Source: Eutreptiella sp. 'Long Island Sound 2002' (lineage: Eukaryota > Protista > Euglenida). Taken from it: a DNA stretch of 64,000 nt. The stretch lies in NCBI GenBank assembly GCA_964036045.1, contig OZ038378.1, positions 51,026,001 through 51,090,000 of the forward strand, read 5' to 3'. How positions within the stretch are numbered: the first letter of the stretch is position 1; each line of letters begins with the position of its first letter. Of the stretch, positions 58,420-64,000 are shown in pieces. Position numbers and translations under genes: made by a program. The notes below the pieces were generated by a model. It saw nothing but the letters and a program-made list of their open reading frames with translations, was not told the DNA's origin and searched no databases.

Positions 58420-60874
58420 TAATCATCATCTCCAGATGATGCTTCTTCGGCTTTTTCCGCTTTGGCGCCTGGCTGGCCTCCGGCTCCTCTTCATCTGCAT
58501 CGCCAGCCTCGAACAGCCGAAGCTGCGTTGACTTCCGAGGAGATGGCCGATCAGATCCTGGCAGCACCGGGTCTTCATCATCGTCCTCAGGATCCTCCAA
58601 GTCCTCGGCTACGACTTCTGCATGGGCATGTTGACTCGCTTCCTCTGCAGTCGACACTTCCAGACGGGCATACCCCACATTCTCGTCCTCGACCCACATT
58701 GGCATGCGGAACTCGATCCAGAGCTCCCATTGCGCCAACTTGGTCTGGTCAAATCCCGCCTGCACACGCTGCGTCACCTCGTGATGGTAGCTCCGTGCTC
58801 AGTCCGATCACTTTTGTTTGGTCAGCTGCAGAGAACAAACTTGTGGAGGATCATCCAAAGCTGCCACTTTCGCCGCCATATGCACATCGCGATCGAAGAT
58901 CATGACGTTGTCAGAGCGGTCTCTGTTCCGCATCAGCGTTGCGAGCCACGTATAGAGGACAAGGGGCATGAGCCCTGGTTCATCACGTTTGCGGCGACCC
59001 AAGCCGCTGTATGGTGGAATCTGCGATGAGGAGTAGCGAGATGTCAAAGGCATTGCAAGGCCTCGCAATCCAAAAGCCTTGTACATACCTTTTTCTTGAT
59101 CTTCACACCGGGCACTAGAACCAGTGCTTTCACTTGAATTCCGCCTTTTCTAGTTTTGCCCGCACCCGGTAGCCAGTAACACACTTGCACTTTCTCATAC
59201 CAGTAATCGTTCTCCGCAATTCCAGGTGCCTCCAGAATTGTTGCCAGAGCGTCCCACACGGGCGACACCTCGCCGTAGATCACAAGCACAGCTTCGGGGT
59301 TGTCGATCAACTTGGCCATCACAACGGGACTCACTGAATCAGTACCGTCCGCCAGATTCGCATTCAGAATAATCATGTCGGTGTCTAGCGCCTCCAAAAA
59401 CTTAAGGGGATCTTGCGGATCTTTTTAGGGGGTGCACAGCATTTTCACCATCTTTCCACTGGCCTCAATGTTCAGCACATCCACTTTTCCAGACTCCGTA
59501 GACTTGACCTCCGTCAAGGGCGATGCCAGTCCTGCACGCAGGCGACCAAGGTCCATTGATGCCCCATGCTTTGGAAAAGTGTGTCCCAATGCCGTCCAGA
59601 ACCGCGCCTTGCTCAGCGTTTCCCATTTTGGCGACGGAGCCTCAGCTTTCCATTGCTAGGTCCCCAAAGGGATCCGAAACCAATTGACATCCCAGTCATG
59701 CAACGGTACCCTCTCTGCCAAACCGGCCTCTGCACACGTGTGGAAAGTTTGTATTGATCGACCGTGCTTCGTGTTTGCGTGTTTGCCTACTTGCTTGCGA
59801 GGGGAACATACTTCGAGAGGGATGGATGACGCTGTCCGGAGCGGCTCCCCAATGGCAATTGATCCACTGCTGCTTCTGGTAAGTCGTGGCCTGGTCTTGG
59901 ATTTCCTTGATGTTCGTCTTTGGTCTCGACATGTCGGCGGCGACCCGTTGTAGGAGGGCTGGCTCGTACAGACTCTGTAGAAACTTCAGCTGGTTCATTG
60001 TCACTGCTGTGTCCATGTTCTCGAAATTCATCAGGGACTGCACCGCTGCGTCCTCCGCGTGGTACACCCACGTCAAGAACGGTCCAAACGCCTTCACCGC
60101 ATAAGTCTCAACAGGAGGAGGGTACGTAGCCAGATTGCGGATTGTGAGGCCTCGCATTCGAAAAAGGAACATACTTGGAGTTCATCATCGGAAACCTGTG
60201 GAGGAATCCATGCATATCCGCTCGCGGCCTTCGGAATGGTTCGGTGAATGTGATCCCTGGCAGACTCGTCAGGCACAGCTGGCGAATCTTGCGAATGCAT
60301 AAGGAAGTTGTCAGCTGCTTCCGACGGTGGCACGGCAGAGATGTCTAGATCGATGGCCTGCTTCCGACCTGCGAGTCCTACCCGAGTAGCCCAACTCGTC
60401 TCCGTCTTCAGCAGGTTGACCTTAACAATTTGCATCCACTGCGGTGGGTTGAGGCCTTTCTCAAGACGTTCGTTTCGGAGCTCTTTGAGCGCATAGACGC
60501 AGTGCTGCTTTGCAATACTGATCCAATCATCGGCTTGAGACGGAAAAAGGGTGTTGAGAGCATGCACATGAAATGTCGCCGCCGCGGCCCGGTTACGTAC
60601 TTGGTGATTGCCATGTAGTCACGGTCACGGGCTCCTCAGGAGGGTTTGCCATGAGACTTCTCTTAACCTCGTCCACTCGCTTTTGTTGATACTTCCAGAT
60701 CTGACCGTACTTCTTCTGCTTGTCGATCACAAGGCTCGTGACGTGGACCTCCACTTGCAAAGGCTTCTTGTAGAACCTCAGGAACTCCTCTGGCACCGTG
60801 TCCTGCGTGGACGGTACTTGTGAGGTGTTTGGTGATGCTCTGCCCGCTTTTGTTTGCGTCAAGCTCTCTGCCAT
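58420..60874 (-). pseudogene. ParB/Srx-like + degenerate MTase-like fold gene of element B
   Basis: LVIDKQKKYGQIW...VDEVKRSLMANPPEEPVTV, WISIAKQH and WINCHWGAAPDSVIHPSR, followed by an intron at the same position as in element A. The later PLVLYTWLATLMRNRDRSDNVMIFD resembles MTase motif X/I. It has in-frame stops. Confidence 0.6.
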
Positions 60875-63360
60875 GTTGAAATAGGCTTGTAAAAAGGGAA
60901 AAAACTGTATGTATTTATGCTTGGATTGCGAGGGCTCGCAATCGACAACATAGGTATTTGTTTGCAATTACCTACTTCGTGTTGCGAGGCCTCATATTAC
61001 GGTAAGAACATCTATCCAAAAACGTACTTTTTCAGCATACAATTGCGAGGGCTCGCATTCCCAACACGCAGGAGCGAGCAAAAGCACCGGCATGCGCGCA
61101 ACAACAACAACAGAGCTCGGAATCAACCTAAAACCGATTCTATGCATCGGTAAACGCCCAAATTGTGTCCAGAATGTTCGTTCGCTGCGCAACAGACCGC
61201 AGCGGAACCTTGTTGTCCATCAATCGTAGCAAGGCAGGTGAGAAGTTCCGGGGCCGCCGCAGAAATGTATGCAAAACATCTGTCACCATAACCCTGTATG
61301 TGTCCACGTCCGGCTCGCTGTAAGGGTCGGACGGGAAATCCGGTTCAGCCTCCCAGTGCCTCTCCATAGTCGAGGTACCCGATTGCCAGGGACAGTACCT
61401 GATTCTCAGGCGGTCGTCAGTAAGATACGAGCGCAAGGGCTATCGTATCTCGGTTTCAATGTCGGACAAGAAACCACTCACCAGGAGTTTTGGTCTAAGA
61501 AAAGCCAGCGGTGGATCGACTGTACTATCCTGCCAAAGGTGCCATGTCCGAAGTGTGGTCAACGGCATTGGTACCACGAGGCAGAGGCCTTTGGCCGTGG
61601 AGCCTGACTACGAGAACATGGGGGGGGCGCGTTGGATGAGGTGGACAGGGGGGGTCGGGCACTCCGCGAGGCCATACAGCAGTACCTTGATGCCATACAG
61701 TCAGAGCCTGGACACACCTGGCTGTCGGCGGCAGCACATGCCCTGGAGAAGAGCACCAGGAAGGGATACGCAGCAGCCCTTCGACGGCTGCGGAAACGCA
61801 GTCGGGAACATTTTGGGGCGAGCCCACGCCAGGTTCTGGAGTTGGAGATCAAGGAAATGGTGGCAAGTGAGAACGCGGAGGGGAAACTCAAAACGTTACT
61901 GTCCGCCTGCAGGCAGTTGGACAAGTTACGGCTTCATCCCAGGATTGTGGAAGCCTCGGACTGGCAGGTGGTCAAGTGGTTGGCAAAGAGGCGGGTACAT
62001 AGCCAGATTGCGGATTGTGAGGCCTCGCATTCGAAAAAGGAACATACTTGGAGTTCATCATTGGAAACCTGTGGAGGAATCCATGCATATCCGCTCGCGG
62101 CCTTTGGAATGGTTCGGTGAATGTGATCCCTGGCAGACTCGGTAGGCACAGCCGGCGAATCTTGCAAATGCATAAGGAAGTTGTCGGCTGCTTCCGACGG
62201 TGGCACGGCAGAGATGTCTAGATCGATGGCTTGCTTCCGACCTGCGATTCCTACCCGAGTAGCCCAACTTGTCTCCGTCTTCAGCACGTTGACCTTAACA
62301 ATTTGCATCCACTGCGGTGGGTCGAGGCCTTTCTCAAGACGTTCGTTTCGGAGCTCTTTGAGCGCACAGACGCAGTGCTGCTTTGCAATAACGATCCAAT
62401 CATCGGCTGGAGACGGAAAAAGGGTGTTGAGAGCATGCACACGAAAGGTCGCCGCTGCGGCCCGGTTAGGTACTTGGTGATTGCCATGCAGTCACGGTCA
62501 CGGGCTCCTCAGGAGGGTTTGCCATGAGACTTCTCTTAACCTCGTCCACTCGCTTTTGTTGCTACTTCCGGATCTGACCGTACTTCTTCTACTTGTAGAT
62601 CACAAGGCTCGTGACGTGGACCTCCACTTGCAAAGGCTTCTTGTGGAACCTCAAGAACTCCTCTGGCACCGTGTCCTGCGTGGACGGTACTTGTGAGGTG
62701 TTTGGTGATGCTCTGCCCGCTTTTGTTGGCGTCAAGCTCTGTGCCATGTTGAAATGGTTTTGTAAAAAGGGAGAAAACTGTATGTATTTATGCTTGGATT
62801 GCGAGGGCTCGCAATCGACAACGTAGGTATTTGTTTGCAATTACCTACTTCGTGTTGCGAGGCCTCACATTAAGGTAAGAACATCTATCCAAAAACGTAC
62901 TTTTTCAGCATACAATTGCGTGGGCTCGCATTCCCAACACGCAGGAGCGAGCAAAAGCACCGGCATGCGCGCAACAACAACAACAGAGCTGGGAATCAAC
63001 CTAAAACCGATTCAATGCATCGGTAAAGGCCCAGATTGTGTCCAGAATGTTCGTTCGCTGCGCAACCGACCGCAGCGGAACCTTGTTGTCCATCAATCGT
63101 AGCACGGCAGGTGAGAAGTTCCGGGGCCGCCGCAGAAATGTACGCAAAACATCTGTCACCATAGTCCTGTATGTGTCCACATCCGGCTCGCTGTAAGGGT
63201 CGGACGGGAAATCCGGTTCAGCCTCCCGGTGCCTCTCCATAGTCGAGGTACCTGATTGCCAGGGACAGTACCCAATTCTCAGGCGGTCGTCAGTAACATA
63301 CGAGCGCAAGCGCTGTCGGATCTCGGTTTCAATGTCGGACGACAAACCACTCACCAGGAG
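60121..63360. repeat. Direct duplication of about 1367 bp (60121-61487 and 61994-63360; offset 1873)
   Basis: Near-identical text in both copies, and duplicated ORFs 60094-60567/61934-62440 and 61140-61436/63001-63612. Confidence 0.97.
61488..61993 (+). mobile_element. DIRS/tyrosine-recombinase retroelement fragment (gag-like zinc knuckle end + YR N-terminus)
   Basis: VPCPKCGQRHWYHE, followed by SAAAHALEKSTRKGYAAALRRL...LKTLLSACRQLDKL, which resembles the YR core-binding domain start. Confidence 0.55.
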
Positions 63361-64000
63361 GCGTCTGTTAATTCTAGTAGGGCAGATTGCGACAAACAAA
63401 TCTTCCACGTCGCTCGGTGTGACGGCCCAGGTGTGTCTGTCTTTCATGGACCCCAGTCGACTGAGCATAACTTCGCCAAACTCTTTACCATGACACAATC
63501 CGGGCAGGGCGCCGTTGAACGCCTGCCAATGCAACAAGGCGACACCGATGGTCCTCACATACACAAGTGGGTCAGCTGCAGCCCTGCCAAGCTCTATTAA
63601 AAGCACGAACACCAGTCGCAGAACATGATGGGCGTCGATGGCCGATCCTGGGTGCCGTCCGGACTAGTTGCATTGCCTCACGAGAAATCCACAGTAGAGG
63701 ACAAGCGGACACCAGTTCTGCAGAAGGTTCACCATAGCTTTACATACCACACCCTTTAGTCGATCCATCGCCGTCCCACTGTGATCGGCAACAGCCTGTA
63801 ATCTGTTGGACTTCCGCCACAACTGCCGCAAGAAATGCGGCGCACACTTCAGGATGCCAGCAATAGTTCTCTCCATGACTCTCAGCTTCGGGCACGACCC
63901 TACTTTTTTTCCCACTCCTAAGCGGCCAAAGCGGAAGTACACAAGCAGCGAATGAAAGCGCCGCCACACGTTTGTCACAAGGTATTTATAGGGATGCCAA
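63001..64000 (-). pseudogene. DUF6589-like putative transposase of element B (runs off the window)
   Basis: TNVWRRFHSLL...PKLRVMERTIAGILKCAP...NLLQNWCPLVLYCGFLVRQCN and YVRTIGVALL align with NTIWRKFFPLL...PKLIVIEKTIAALLLSAP...SLLNYYLPAIFVVGHLVRNCT and YVRTICCALL of the 627-aa ORF. Confidence 0.75.

Larger units (their letters stand above)
58235..62933. repeat. Dispersed 20-bp palindrome TATTGCGAGGCCTCGCAATA and variants (about 11 sites)
   Basis: Perfect copy at 58235-58254. Variants at 58373, 59051, 60140, 60924, 60980, 61041, 62013, 62797, 62853 and 62914, and a half site near 59795. Confidence 0.92.

Noticed and set aside
1-64000. rRNA, tRNA, spliced-leader RNA, telomeric repeats, euglenid non-canonical introns
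   Set aside because: None was recognisable. All introns I could delimit are canonical GT-AG.

Overview
This window looks like repeat-saturated eukaryotic DNA: it has canonical GT-AG introns, and I found no host housekeeping gene, rRNA, tRNA or CRISPR/cas. The organism cannot be identified from the sequence, though a protist is plausible. It is a nest of mostly decayed mobile elements: (i) piggyBac-like transposase remnants linked to an unknown multi-exon cargo gene ('gene X', 3 copies, weak JmjC-like motif); (ii) several Transib/RAG1-like DDE transposase remnants, one co-located with a 2OG-Fe(II) dioxygenase-like gene; (iii) a LINE (ORF1 plus a truncated APE-RT ORF2); (iv) a DIRS-like tyrosine recombinase fragment; and (v) two diverged copies of a two-gene module, [large putative transposase, DUF6589-like] - [palindrome cluster] - [ParB/Srx-like domain fused to a degenerate beta-class DNA amino-methyltransferase-like fold]. 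The most striking pattern is that each element family carries its own short palindrome or motif in most of its introns and intergenic gaps. Examples are CTGGGCTCTGCAGAGCCCAG (about 24 sites, mostly doublets 69-70 bp apart), TATTGCGAGGCCTCGCAATA (about 11 sites), AAATTCGCGCGAATTT, GGTTCATATATGAACC and TGTAACCGGTTACA. Decay also appears biased toward CAG>TAG and CTG>CTA changes. All protein family calls come from motif recognition by eye and need HMM or structure confirmation.
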